Assembly (NCBI GenBank): GCA_038239145.1
Contig: JBBSFB010000002.1
Span: forward strand, 4,456-68,455
DNA length: 64,000 nucleotides
From: Acidimicrobiia bacterium
GTDB taxonomy: Bacteria; Actinomycetota; Acidimicrobiia; IMCC26256; PALSA-610
Reading direction: 5' to 3'
Part shown: positions 56,454-64,000 of the stretch, piece by piece
Layout: the number at the start of each line of letters is the position of its first letter
How positions within the stretch are numbered: position 1 is the stretch's first letter
Notes under the pieces: model-generated
Told to the model about the DNA's origin: nothing
The model's database searches: none
Seen by the model: the letters and a program-made list of their open reading frames with translations, nothing else
Position numbers and translations under genes: made by a program

Positions 56454-57052
56454 CGGAAAGCGACTACTTCGACGTGGTGGCACGCCAACGCGCCCATCGA
56501 TCCTTTTCGGCCGAGCCCGTCGACGACGAGACCATCGGTCGCATCCTCGCGGCGGCGACGTTCGCGCCGAGCGCGGAGAACAAACAGCCGTGGGAGTTCC
56601 TCGTCGTGCGCGACGAGTCGACCCGGGCTGCCATCGGCGACCTGTCCCGCCGGGCGTGGGAAGCACGCGGCCGCTCATTCTCGGAGACCCGGCTCACCCC
56701 GAAGATGCTGGCCGACGTCGACCGAGGTGCGACCGGTGGCGTCGCCGAGGCGCCCGTCAACATCGTCGTGTGCGCCGACGTGCAACGCGGTCTCGAGGCG
56801 ACGATCCCGTCGTCGATCTTCCCGGCCGTGCAGAACCTCTTGCTCGCGGCCACTGCGCTCGGCCTCGGCAGCGCGCTGACGACGATCACGTCGGGGTTCC
56901 GTGCCGAAATGCAGGAGATCCTCGGTCTCCCCGACCACGTGTGGCCGATCGCGCTCGTGCCGATCGGCCATCCGGTCAAGCCCCTCGGACCGCCGCGCCG
57001 AACCCCCTACACCGAACGCACACACCGCGACCGGTACGGGCGGAGCTGGTAG
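56450..57052 (+). CDS. Nitroreductase family protein
   Basis: RAHRSF, APSAENKQPW, AVQNLLLAATALGLG, IGHP. Confidence 0.9.
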   Translation: MTESDYFDVVARQRAHRSFSAEPVDDETIGRILAAATFAPSAENKQPWEFLVVRDESTRAAIGDLSRRAWEARGRSFSETRLTPKMLADVDRGATGGVAEAPVNIVVCADVQRGLEATIPSSIFPAVQNLLLAATALGLGSALTTITSGFRAEMQEILGLPDHVWPIALVPIGHPVKPLGPPRRTPYTERTHRDRYGRSW

Positions 57053-57055
57053 CTG

Positions 57056-57544
57056 CTACTTGGCTTTGTGCTTGTCCGTGTGCTTGTCCGTGTGCTTCTC
57101 CGCATCGGCCGCAGGCCGGACGACGAGCACCGGGCACGGCGCGTGGCGCACGACCTGCTCGCTCACTGACCCGAGCAACAGCCGTTCGATCGCGCCGCGC
57201 CCGTGCGAGCCGACCACGATCACGTCGACGGCCAGGTCGGCTGCGACCCGGCACACCGTCCCGCCGACGTCGCCGACCTCGATGCGTTTGTCGACCTTGG
57301 CGCTCGTGAGCTCACCCGCTGTGCGTTCGAGCTCCTCGCCCGCTTCGGCCAACTCCTGCTTCCAGAGCGCCTCCTGCTCACCCGGCGAGTAGACGGAGCC
57401 TTCGAAGCCGCCGGCGTCGTCGCCCGGCACCTCCGTCAACACGCTCAGCAGCGTCACCTTGTCGGCGGCGCGCAGGAGAGTGCCGGCCTGGCGGGCGGCG
57501 TCGATCGAGCTCGGGGAACCGTCGGTGGCGATCAGTACGTGCAT
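57056..57544 (-). CDS. Universal stress protein
   Basis: IATDGS, VVGSHGRG..LLGSVS..VVRHAPCPVLVV. Confidence 0.92.
   Translation of the reverse strand: MHVLIATDGSPSSIDAARQAGTLLRAADKVTLLSVLTEVPGDDAGGFEGSVYSPGEQEALWKQELAEAGEELERTAGELTSAKVDKRIEVGDVGGTVCRVAADLAVDVIVVGSHGRGAIERLLLGSVSEQVVRHAPCPVLVVRPAADAEKHTDKHTDKHKAK
57067..57102 (-). repeat. In-frame 12-bp tandem repeat (3 copies) at the USP C-terminus
   Basis: Plus strand TGTGCTTGTCCG twice, then TGTGCTTCTCCG; encodes EKHTDKHTDKH. Confidence 0.85.
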
Positions 57545-57555
57545 GGTTGCCTCCT

Positions 57556-58620
57556 CTACCCCGGAAAGGATACGACGACGCCGCCGCCGGCCGCCGAGGT
57601 ACGGATCGCGTCGATCACCTGCATCTCGGCCACGCCGTCGGCGAAGGTCGGGAGCGGCACCGCGGCGGGGGCGGGACGGCCCTCGACCCCGGCCCGCAGA
57701 GCCTCGGCCAGGCGCGTGTAGGGGCCGAGTTCGAGATGGGTGTATCGATCCCGGGGGTCGTCGGAGCGCGTCGGAGGTTGGGGCAGGGCGAGATCGTCGG
57801 GGACCACGAGCAGCCGCCGGCCCCGGCGATCGGAGCAATACACGCCGTCGGCGGCGACCTCGATCGTGCCCTCGGTGCCCGCCACCATCGATAGGCCGAT
57901 CGGCTGCGTCGTCCACGAGGCCGCAGTCTGCTGGATCAAGCCGTGCACCCCGCTCCGCATCGTCGCACGCACCACGAATGTGTCTTCTGCGCCATCGGTG
58001 CGCGCGCTCACGGTCGGCAACGTGGCGCTGACCGAGGAGAACTCGCCGAACCACGTCCGGAGCTGGTCGACGATGTGGGAGCCGGACGCTCCGAGCCACC
58101 CGCCGCCCCGCGCACCGTCGAACCACCACTCGGGTACGCGCGCGTCGGGATCCGCCACCAGGGGGACGAACGACACCAACGAGAACAGGCGGGGTTCCCC
58201 GATGACGCCGTCGGCGATGGCGCGCGCGACCAGCGCGCGGTCGGGCGCCCAGCGGAACTCGTGCCCGACGAGGTGTGACACCTGTGCCCGTTCCGCGGCC
58301 GCGAGCATCTGTCCGGCTTCGTGCGCGTCGAGCGCGAACGGCTTCTCGCAGATCACGTGCCGGCCCGCGGTGCACGCTTCGATCGCGAGCGCGGCGTGGG
58401 TGTCGGGCGGCGTCGCGATCGTGACCGCGTCGACCTGCGCGAATGCGAGCGCGTCGGAGAGCGACGTGAACGCTCGTTCGATACCCAGCCGCTCGGCTCG
58501 GCGTTGCGTGCGATCGACGTCCGTGCCGACGAGACCGTGCACGGTGAACCCTGCGTTCCGTAGCGCAGGCACGTGGACTCGACAGCCGAACCCCGTGCCG
58601 ACCACGACCGCGCCCGGCAT
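57556..58620 (-). CDS. Gfo/Idh/MocA oxidoreductase
   Basis: VVGTGFG, IATPPDTH, CEKPFA, GGGWLGASGSH..D. Confidence 0.9.
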   Translation of the reverse strand: MPGAVVVGTGFGCRVHVPALRNAGFTVHGLVGTDVDRTQRRAERLGIERAFTSLSDALAFAQVDAVTIATPPDTHAALAIEACTAGRHVICEKPFALDAHEAGQMLAAAERAQVSHLVGHEFRWAPDRALVARAIADGVIGEPRLFSLVSFVPLVADPDARVPEWWFDGARGGGWLGASGSHIVDQLRTWFGEFSSVSATLPTVSARTDGAEDTFVVRATMRSGVHGLIQQTAASWTTQPIGLSMVAGTEGTIEVAADGVYCSDRRGRRLLVVPDDLALPQPPTRSDDPRDRYTHLELGPYTRLAEALRAGVEGRPAPAAVPLPTFADGVAEMQVIDAIRTSAAGGGVVVSFPG

Positions 58621-59561
58621 CAATAGCCCTCGGTTGCGTCGACGACGTTGAGGAGCGGTTCGTGTCGGAGGAACCGACCGATGTTCTCGATCAAGACCTC
58701 GACCGCGGCGGCCTGCAGCTGCGGCGTGTACCACGAGACGTGGGCGGTCATCCGCACCTTGGGATGCGAGTACAGCCAGTGTCCGGCCGGAAGCGGCTCG
58801 GGATCGACCGTGTCGAGCGTCGCCATCGCGACGGTGTCGTCATCGAGCGCAACGCGGAGCGCGTCCTGGTCGACGATGCTGCCGCGCGCGATGTTGACCA
58901 GGTGGACTCCCGGTTTCATCCGCGCGAACGCGGCGGCGTCGATCAAGTGCCGGGTGCGCGCGGTTGCCGGCGCGGCGATCACGACGTGGTCGGCGCCATC
59001 CAACAGTTCGTCGAGGGAACGCACCACGTGCACACCGTCTACCGGACTCGGCGCATCGGTCCGGCGGAGTGCCCGCACGTGCACCCCGAACGCGAGGGAA
59101 CGCGTCGCGATCGCGGTGCCGATCCCACCCAGCCCGACCAGCGCGAGTGTCGAGCCCTCGACCCGGTCGAGCTTCGGGTCGGGGAAGTTCCAATACTTCG
59201 GCTTCTCCGACAGGAAGGTCTCCGGGAAACGTTTTGCCCAGGCGAGGATCGCGGCGAGCACCCACTCCGAGATCGGCACCGCGCTGGCGCCGCGCGCGCA
59301 CGTGACGATGCGATCGTGCTCGAACACCGCCGGTGCCACGTTGTCGGCGCCCGTCCCCGACAGCTGGACCCAGCGGACACGAGCGGCGTCGAGCCACGGA
59401 ACGATCGCGTCCCACGCGTGATAGCCGCCGAAGAACGCCGCGGCGTTGAGCCCTGCGGGCGGATCGCCGGCCGTGAACTCGACCAGCTCGACCTCCGGAT
59501 ACGCCTCCTGCACACGCCCGGCTTCGGCCGAGGCGAGGTCGAGCTGGGCGATGATCCGCAC
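58620..59561 (-). CDS. D-isomer-specific 2-hydroxyacid dehydrogenase
   Basis: VGLGGIG, VNIARG, LDTVDPEPL, TAH. Confidence 0.9.
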   Translation of the reverse strand: MRIIAQLDLASAEAGRVQEAYPEVELVEFTAGDPPAGLNAAAFFGGYHAWDAIVPWLDAARVRWVQLSGTGADNVAPAVFEHDRIVTCARGASAVPISEWVLAAILAWAKRFPETFLSEKPKYWNFPDPKLDRVEGSTLALVGLGGIGTAIATRSLAFGVHVRALRRTDAPSPVDGVHVVRSLDELLDGADHVVIAAPATARTRHLIDAAAFARMKPGVHLVNIARGSIVDQDALRVALDDDTVAMATLDTVDPEPLPAGHWLYSHPKVRMTAHVSWYTPQLQAAAVEVLIENIGRFLRHEPLLNVVDATEGY

Positions 59562-59712
59562 GACCGCAGAAGCTAGCCCGAGCGGCTCGCACCGCCGGTC
59601 CGGTGGGTCCTCGAGGTTGCAGGGCTCGACGTCGGGTTGGCACCCGGCGAGCCGCAATCCAACTGACACCGCACTGCGGCGTGATCCGGCGCGTCGGCGT
59701 ACGGTTCCCGCC

Positions 59713-60582
59713 ATGCAGTCGGTCGTGGTGGGTCAAGGCATCCCGTTCGCGGAGGGACCCGTGTGGTGTCCCGACGGCACCGTCGTGGCAACGAGCGTCG
59801 CCGCAGGCGCGCTGTTCCGCGTCGAGCCGGGGTCGGCAACCGTGACCCGCATCGCCGATACAAGCGGGGGCGCGAACGGTGCTGCCCTCGCGGCCGACGG
59901 CTCGATCCTCGTGACCCAGAACGGTGGCATCGACTTCTCGGTGTTGCCCGGGGTGTTCGCCACACTGCCTGCGTGCGTGCCGGCCGTGCCCGGCTTACAA
60001 CTCGCCGCGCCCGACGGGAGCGTCACATATCTCACCGACGACGGCTACCGAGGCCCGAATGATCTCGCCGTCGACAACACCGGCGCGGTGTACTTCACCG
60101 ACCCCGGGCACTTCCCTCCGCCCGAGGACGGTCGGGGCCGCGTGATGGTCTTCGAACGCGACGGCACGGTCAGCACATTCGCGGGCGGTTTCCACTACTG
60201 CAACGGCATCGCGCTCGAACCCGACGGCACCATCGTGGTCATCGAGCGCCGAGGGCTGCAGCGCGTGCACCCCGACGGTTCCTGCGAGTGGGTCGTGGAG
60301 CATCTCGGGCCGGGCGGGGGCGACGGGTTCTGCCTCGATGCCGACGGCCGCTTCTACGTCGCGTCGACGATCGAGCACGGCATCCGTGTGGTCGACCGCG
60401 ACGGCGCGGTCCTCGACTTTTTGGCGATCGAAGGCGAGGGGCTGACGACGAACTGCTGCTTCGGCGGCGCCGACATGCGCACGTTGTTCGCTACCGACGC
60501 GATGCCCGGCAATCTCATCGCATTCGAAGGGATGCCGACGCCCGGTCTCGAGCTGCCGACCTGGCCCGGACTCGCTCCGTAG
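59713..60582 (+). CDS. SMP-30/gluconolactonase/LRE family protein
   Basis: AEGPVW, GPND, CNGIA, GDGFCLD, TNCCFGG. Confidence 0.9.
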   Translation: MQSVVVGQGIPFAEGPVWCPDGTVVATSVAAGALFRVEPGSATVTRIADTSGGANGAALAADGSILVTQNGGIDFSVLPGVFATLPACVPAVPGLQLAAPDGSVTYLTDDGYRGPNDLAVDNTGAVYFTDPGHFPPPEDGRGRVMVFERDGTVSTFAGGFHYCNGIALEPDGTIVVIERRGLQRVHPDGSCEWVVEHLGPGGGDGFCLDADGRFYVASTIEHGIRVVDRDGAVLDFLAIEGEGLTTNCCFGGADMRTLFATDAMPGNLIAFEGMPTPGLELPTWPGLAP

Positions 60583-60608
60583 GAAGATCGCACCGAACGA
60601 CGGTGAGT

Positions 60609-60671
60609 GCACCCGCGAACTACGTGGATACCGCCGGCGGCATCACCCGCAGTATCACCGGCGGTATCAAC
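60609..60671 (+). repeat. REP-like element (copy C) between convergent genes
   Basis: GCACCCGCGAA-CTAC-GTGGATACCGCC-GGCGGCATCACC-CGCAGTATCACC-GGCGGTATCAAC; matches copy A. Confidence 0.85.
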
Positions 60672-60726
60672 CCCGATTCACACGACGCGACACCGGGCCG
60701 AAAACGATCGCAACGAACGGATCGCG

Positions 60727-61362
60727 CTACGCGCTGCGCACGCGGGCGGCAAGATCGCAGGCCCACTGCACGGGATCGTCGAGGCCCCAACCGATGTCGG
60801 GAAGGTCGAAGTACTCGATGCTCAGCTTGCCGCGATAGTCGAGTCGCTCGAGCTCACGGAACACTGCATCGAAGTCGACCGCGCCGGTGGGGTCGTCGAC
60901 GTGGACCTGGGTGTGACCGGGCTTGCCCTGTCGCAACTGCACGTGATCGGCCAGCGCGAGGAGCTCACACGGATCACCGCCCCAGTCGGCGACGTGACCC
61001 GTGTCGACCAGGATGCGGACGTCACCGACCTCGTCCCGGAACGCCCGGATCGATTCGGCCGAGTTCACGATCGCGCCTGCCCACGGCTCCAACAACGCCT
61101 GCGGCGCGCGCCGCCACCACCGCACCGCCCGGTCCCACGCGCCGTCGAGCTGTGCGCTCGGAGCGGGCGTCGTGCACCACGCGTCGACCGGCTTCGGGTA
61201 CGCGGTCGGGCACCCGATCGGCAAGGCGAGACTGTCGGGATCGGTGCCGATCATGCAGTCGATGTGCTCGAAGCCGTCGGCCTTGGCGGCGGCGGCGCGG
61301 TCGGCGATCCCGGCGTGCCGGGCGTAGGTGACGTCGACGACACCCAACGGCCAGTCCGTCAC
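60727..61362 (-). CDS. Sugar-phosphate isomerase/epimerase-like TIM-barrel protein
   Basis: LLEP, VDTGH, HVQLR, G.VDF..Y.G.LSIEY metal ligands. GTGA overlap with the SDR gene. Confidence 0.75.
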   Translation of the reverse strand: MTDWPLGVVDVTYARHAGIADRAAAAKADGFEHIDCMIGTDPDSLALPIGCPTAYPKPVDAWCTTPAPSAQLDGAWDRAVRWWRRAPQALLEPWAGAIVNSAESIRAFRDEVGDVRILVDTGHVADWGGDPCELLALADHVQLRQGKPGHTQVHVDDPTGAVDFDAVFRELERLDYRGKLSIEYFDLPDIGWGLDDPVQWACDLAARVRSA

Positions 61363-62249
61363 TTCTCCATCGACTTCGGCATCACCATGCCCACCGTCTG
61401 CATGTGCTGGCCGAGCGTGGCGTCGAACTTCTCTGCGACCTCGCTCGCGCTCCAGCCGCCGTCCTTCCACATCCACGCAATCTGCTTCGGGTGCTGGAAG
61501 AGTGTGTACGCGTACTCGGTCCGGCCGAGGATCTGACCGTTCACGTGGGCGGCGCCTTCGGACGCCAAGAACGCGACGAGCGGCGCGTTGAGGGCCGGAT
61601 TCTCCTCGGGCGGCGCTTCCTTGCCCGAGCGCTCGTACAGCGCGGCCGTCATCCGGGTCGCGCCCGCGGGCGCGACCGCGTTGACCGTGACGCCGTAACG
61701 GCCGAGCTCCATCGACCACACGAAGGTCATGCCCATGATGCCGGCCTTGGCCGCGCCGTAGTTGGTCTGGCCGAAGTTGCCGCGCAGACCCGCCGACGAC
61801 GTGATGTTGATGATCCGGCCGTAGCCCTTCTCCTTCATCACCTCGGCCGCGTGGCGCGTGCAGTTGAAGGTGCCCTTCATGTGCACGCCGACGACCGAGT
61901 CGAAGTCGGCTTCGTCCATCTTCAGCAACGTCTTGTCGCGCACTATTCCCGCGTTGTTGACGAGGATGTCGACAGTACCGAAAGCCTCGACCGCCGTGCG
62001 CGTGATGTTGGCGGCGCCGTCGAAGTCGGTGACGGAGTCGTAGTTCGGGACGGCTTTCGATCCGAGCGCCCCGATCTCGGCGCACACCTGTGCAGCCGGA
62101 TCCTCCTCGGTGCCGCGTCCGTCGAGGGAAACTCCGACGTCGTTCACGACGACCGACGCGCCCTCGCGCGCGAAGCACAGCGCGAACTCGCGACCGATAC
62201 CGCGACCGGAGCCGGTCACGATCGCGACGCGACCGTCGAGCACACCCAT
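61359..62249 (-). CDS. SDR oxidoreductase (MFE-2-like)
   Basis: TGSGRGIG, NNAGIVRD, YGAAK. Confidence 0.92.
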   Translation of the reverse strand: MGVLDGRVAIVTGSGRGIGREFALCFAREGASVVVNDVGVSLDGRGTEEDPAAQVCAEIGALGSKAVPNYDSVTDFDGAANITRTAVEAFGTVDILVNNAGIVRDKTLLKMDEADFDSVVGVHMKGTFNCTRHAAEVMKEKGYGRIINITSSAGLRGNFGQTNYGAAKAGIMGMTFVWSMELGRYGVTVNAVAPAGATRMTAALYERSGKEAPPEENPALNAPLVAFLASEGAAHVNGQILGRTEYAYTLFQHPKQIAWMWKDGGWSASEVAEKFDATLGQHMQTVGMVMPKSMEK

Positions 62250-62666
62250 CTACGCGACCGCCGCGGTGGCCTCGCCGATGACCGCGGTCACGCCGTCCTG
62301 GTTCGCCACCGTGAACGTGAGGTCGACGAGGTGCTCGCCGCCTTCGTCGCGCTTGCCCGTGACGGTCGCCAAACAGGTGAGCACGTCGCCCGGCCACACC
62401 TGCTTGGCAAAGCGCACCTGCAGCCGGCGGAGCGCCTCGGCGCCGAACCAGTCCTTCACAACCCGGGCTGCGAGTCCCATCGAGAGCATCCCGTGTCCGA
62501 ACACCGACGGGTTGCCGACCTGGGTCGCGATCGTGTCGTCGTGATGCATGGGGTTGAAATCGCCACTGGCTCCGGCGTACTTCACGAACATCGTGCGCGT
62601 GAGCGCAGGGAATTCCTGGGTCCGTTCCTCGCCAACCGAAACGGCGTCGTACGTGGTCGCGCTCAC
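62250..62666 (-). CDS. MaoC-like (R)-enoyl-CoA hydratase
   Basis: YAGASGDFNPMHHD..FGHGM hydratase-2 motif. GGAGG RBS. Confidence 0.9.
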   Translation of the reverse strand: MSATTYDAVSVGEERTQEFPALTRTMFVKYAGASGDFNPMHHDDTIATQVGNPSVFGHGMLSMGLAARVVKDWFGAEALRRLQVRFAKQVWPGDVLTCLATVTGKRDEGGEHLVDLTFTVANQDGVTAVIGEATAAVA

Positions 62667-62681
62667 TTGTCCCCTCCGATG

Positions 62682-62697
62682 CTGACGTCGGCGTCGG
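62682..62697. promoter_or_regulatory. Operator CTGACG-N4-CGTCGG (site 5)
   Basis: One mismatch; directly after minus-strand -10 TACGCT, upstream of the MaoC gene. Confidence 0.7.
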
Positions 62698-62744
62698 AGC
62701 GTAGCGGTGCAAGCCCGCTCCAGTCAGGGCGAGACACCGGAAAC

Positions 62745-62774
62745 ATGACACGAACGTCGGGTCCGACCTAGCCT
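62745..62774 (+). promoter_or_regulatory. TetR gene promoter with degenerate operator (site 6) over the -35
   Basis: ATGACA-CGAA-CGTCGG (62745-62760). ATGACA-N18-TAGCCT-N6-GTG leaderless layout. Confidence 0.55.
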
Positions 62775-62780
62775 TCCCAG

Positions 62781-63419
62781 GTGCCCCGGGCCGGTGGAAA
62801 CCAATCCGCGGCGCGCGGGCGGGCGACGAGTGAGCCCCGAGAGCTGCGCGCCCGAGGCCGCAACACGCAACGACGCCTCCTCGATGCCGGCGCCATCGTC
62901 CTGGCGACGAAGGGGTATCACGCCACCCGGGTCGACGACGTGGTGAAACTGGCCGAGACCTCGCACGGAACCTTCTACCTGTACTTCTCCAACAAGGAGG
63001 AGCTGTTCCGTGCCCTCGCAGCCGAGGTCGCCGAGGAGATGCAAGCGCTCGCCGAAGCCCTGGAACCGCTCCGGGCCGGAGCCACGGGGCAAGCACGACT
63101 GCAACGCTGGATCGCGGAGTTCGTCGCCCTCTACCGGCGGCACGGTCCGGTCATCCGAGCGTGGACCGAAGCCGAGATCGGCGGCAGTGAGTTCGGCCGC
63201 CTGGGCACCGATCTGCTCACGCAGTTCACCGGCGTGATCGTCGGCCGGGTCGGCGAGGTCGCCCCCGCCGACGTCGATCCCGCAATCGCCACACTCGTGC
63301 TCGTTGCGATGCTCGAGCGCCTGAACTACTACGCGCTCACGGAGCAAGTGCACGTCGAGCCCGACGTGATCGCGGCGACGCTGGCGCGGGTCACCCACGC
63401 GTCGCTGTTCGGCGGTTGA
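62781..63419 (+). CDS. TetR/AcrR family transcriptional regulator
   Basis: LLDAG..GYHATRVDDVV..SHGTFYLYFSNKEELF HTH. Confidence 0.92.
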   Translation: MPRAGGNQSAARGRATSEPRELRARGRNTQRRLLDAGAIVLATKGYHATRVDDVVKLAETSHGTFYLYFSNKEELFRALAAEVAEEMQALAEALEPLRAGATGQARLQRWIAEFVALYRRHGPVIRAWTEAEIGGSEFGRLGTDLLTQFTGVIVGRVGEVAPADVDPAIATLVLVAMLERLNYYALTEQVHVEPDVIAATLARVTHASLFGG

Positions 63420-63434
63420 TCGACGCTTCGGGGG

Positions 63435-64000
63435 CTACGGAGCGGGGTGGCCGGGCGTTCCGCCGCCACCGAGGACACGCGCCTGCAGGTCGCCCAGCTC
63501 CGATACCGGGCCCCAGTATGCGACCTCGCCCTTCACCAACACGATGGCCTCGTCGGCGATCCCGAGCGCGTGGTGCACGTGCTGCTCCACGATCAGCAGC
63601 GTGGTCCCCGAGTCGCGGATCTGCTCGAGCGTCCGGTACACCTCGTCGACGACGATCGGGGCGAGACCGAGCGAGAGCTCGTCGGCGATCAACAACCGCG
63701 GCTTCTCGACCATCACCCGCGACAGCGACAGCATGCGCTGTTCACCACCGGACAACGTGCCTGCGACCTGGCGGCGCCGCTCCCCCAGCCGGGGGAACAT
63801 CGTGAACGCCTGGTCGACTGCTTCCCGCACCCCGCTGCGACCCCGACTCCGCCGGAACGTCAGCTCGAGGTTCTCCTCCACCGAGAGCGACGCGAACACC
63901 GACCGCCCCTCCGGTGCGTGCACGATGCCGAGACGCGCGTAGCGAAAAGCCGGGCGACCGGTGACGTCGTCCCCTGCGAACATGACCTGGCCGGCCGTTG
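63435..64000 (-). CDS. Branched-chain amino acid-type ABC ATP-binding protein (LivF-like; 5' part outside window)
   Basis: PEGR.VF..LSVEENL, LSGGEQRML, DELSLGLAP, VEQH. Confidence 0.88.
   Translation of the reverse strand, partial: TAGQVMFAGDDVTGRPAFRYARLGIVHAPEGRSVFASLSVEENLELTFRRSRGRSGVREAVDQAFTMFPRLGERRRQVAGTLSGGEQRMLSLSRVMVEKPRLLIADELSLGLAPIVVDEVYRTLEQIRDSGTTLLIVEQHVHHALGIADEAIVLVKGEVAYWGPVSELGDLQARVLGGGGTPGHPAP

Overview
High-GC actinobacterial DNA. The protein families (GYWLVASDGG repeats, DUF4012, LPxTG protein, GSIII, many acyl-CoA enzymes) suggest Acidimicrobiia; this is inference, not a database result. 1-22.3 kb is a Wzy-dependent surface-polysaccharide and surface-protein locus: GDP-mannose 3,5-epimerase-like gene, five glycosyltransferases, two co-polymerase/Wzc-like genes, Wzy, GH26-CBM, DUF4012 plus a small LPFTG protein, methyltransferase, GalT and an FN3 protein. 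22.4-64 kb is mostly lipid, steroid-like or xenobiotic catabolism: HMGS-DUF35 plus thiolase, P450, acyl-CoA dehydrogenases, hydantoinase/oxoprolinase pair, GH38, GMC pair, CoA ligases, SDRs and MaoC. It also holds a MarR/ABC exporter, a stand-alone MshEN-type gene, GSIII and three decayed genes. No rRNA, tRNA, CRISPR array or transposase was seen. Most notable non-annotated signals: (1) a palindromic operator CTGACG-N4-CGTCAG next to -10 boxes of five catabolic promoters and over the -35 of the local TetR gene, suggesting a TetR regulon I do not recognise; (2) sigma28/WhiG-type promoters (TCAG-N15-GCCGAT) ahead of polysaccharide genes and the MshEN-type gene; (3) a DUF4012 + 98-aa LPFTG protein pair that may attach polysaccharide to a sortase-anchored carrier; (4) a dispersed palindromic repeat family with expanding 12-bp units; (5) a GlnR-type box upstream of GSIII. 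Several start codons were chosen by eye and are approximate.
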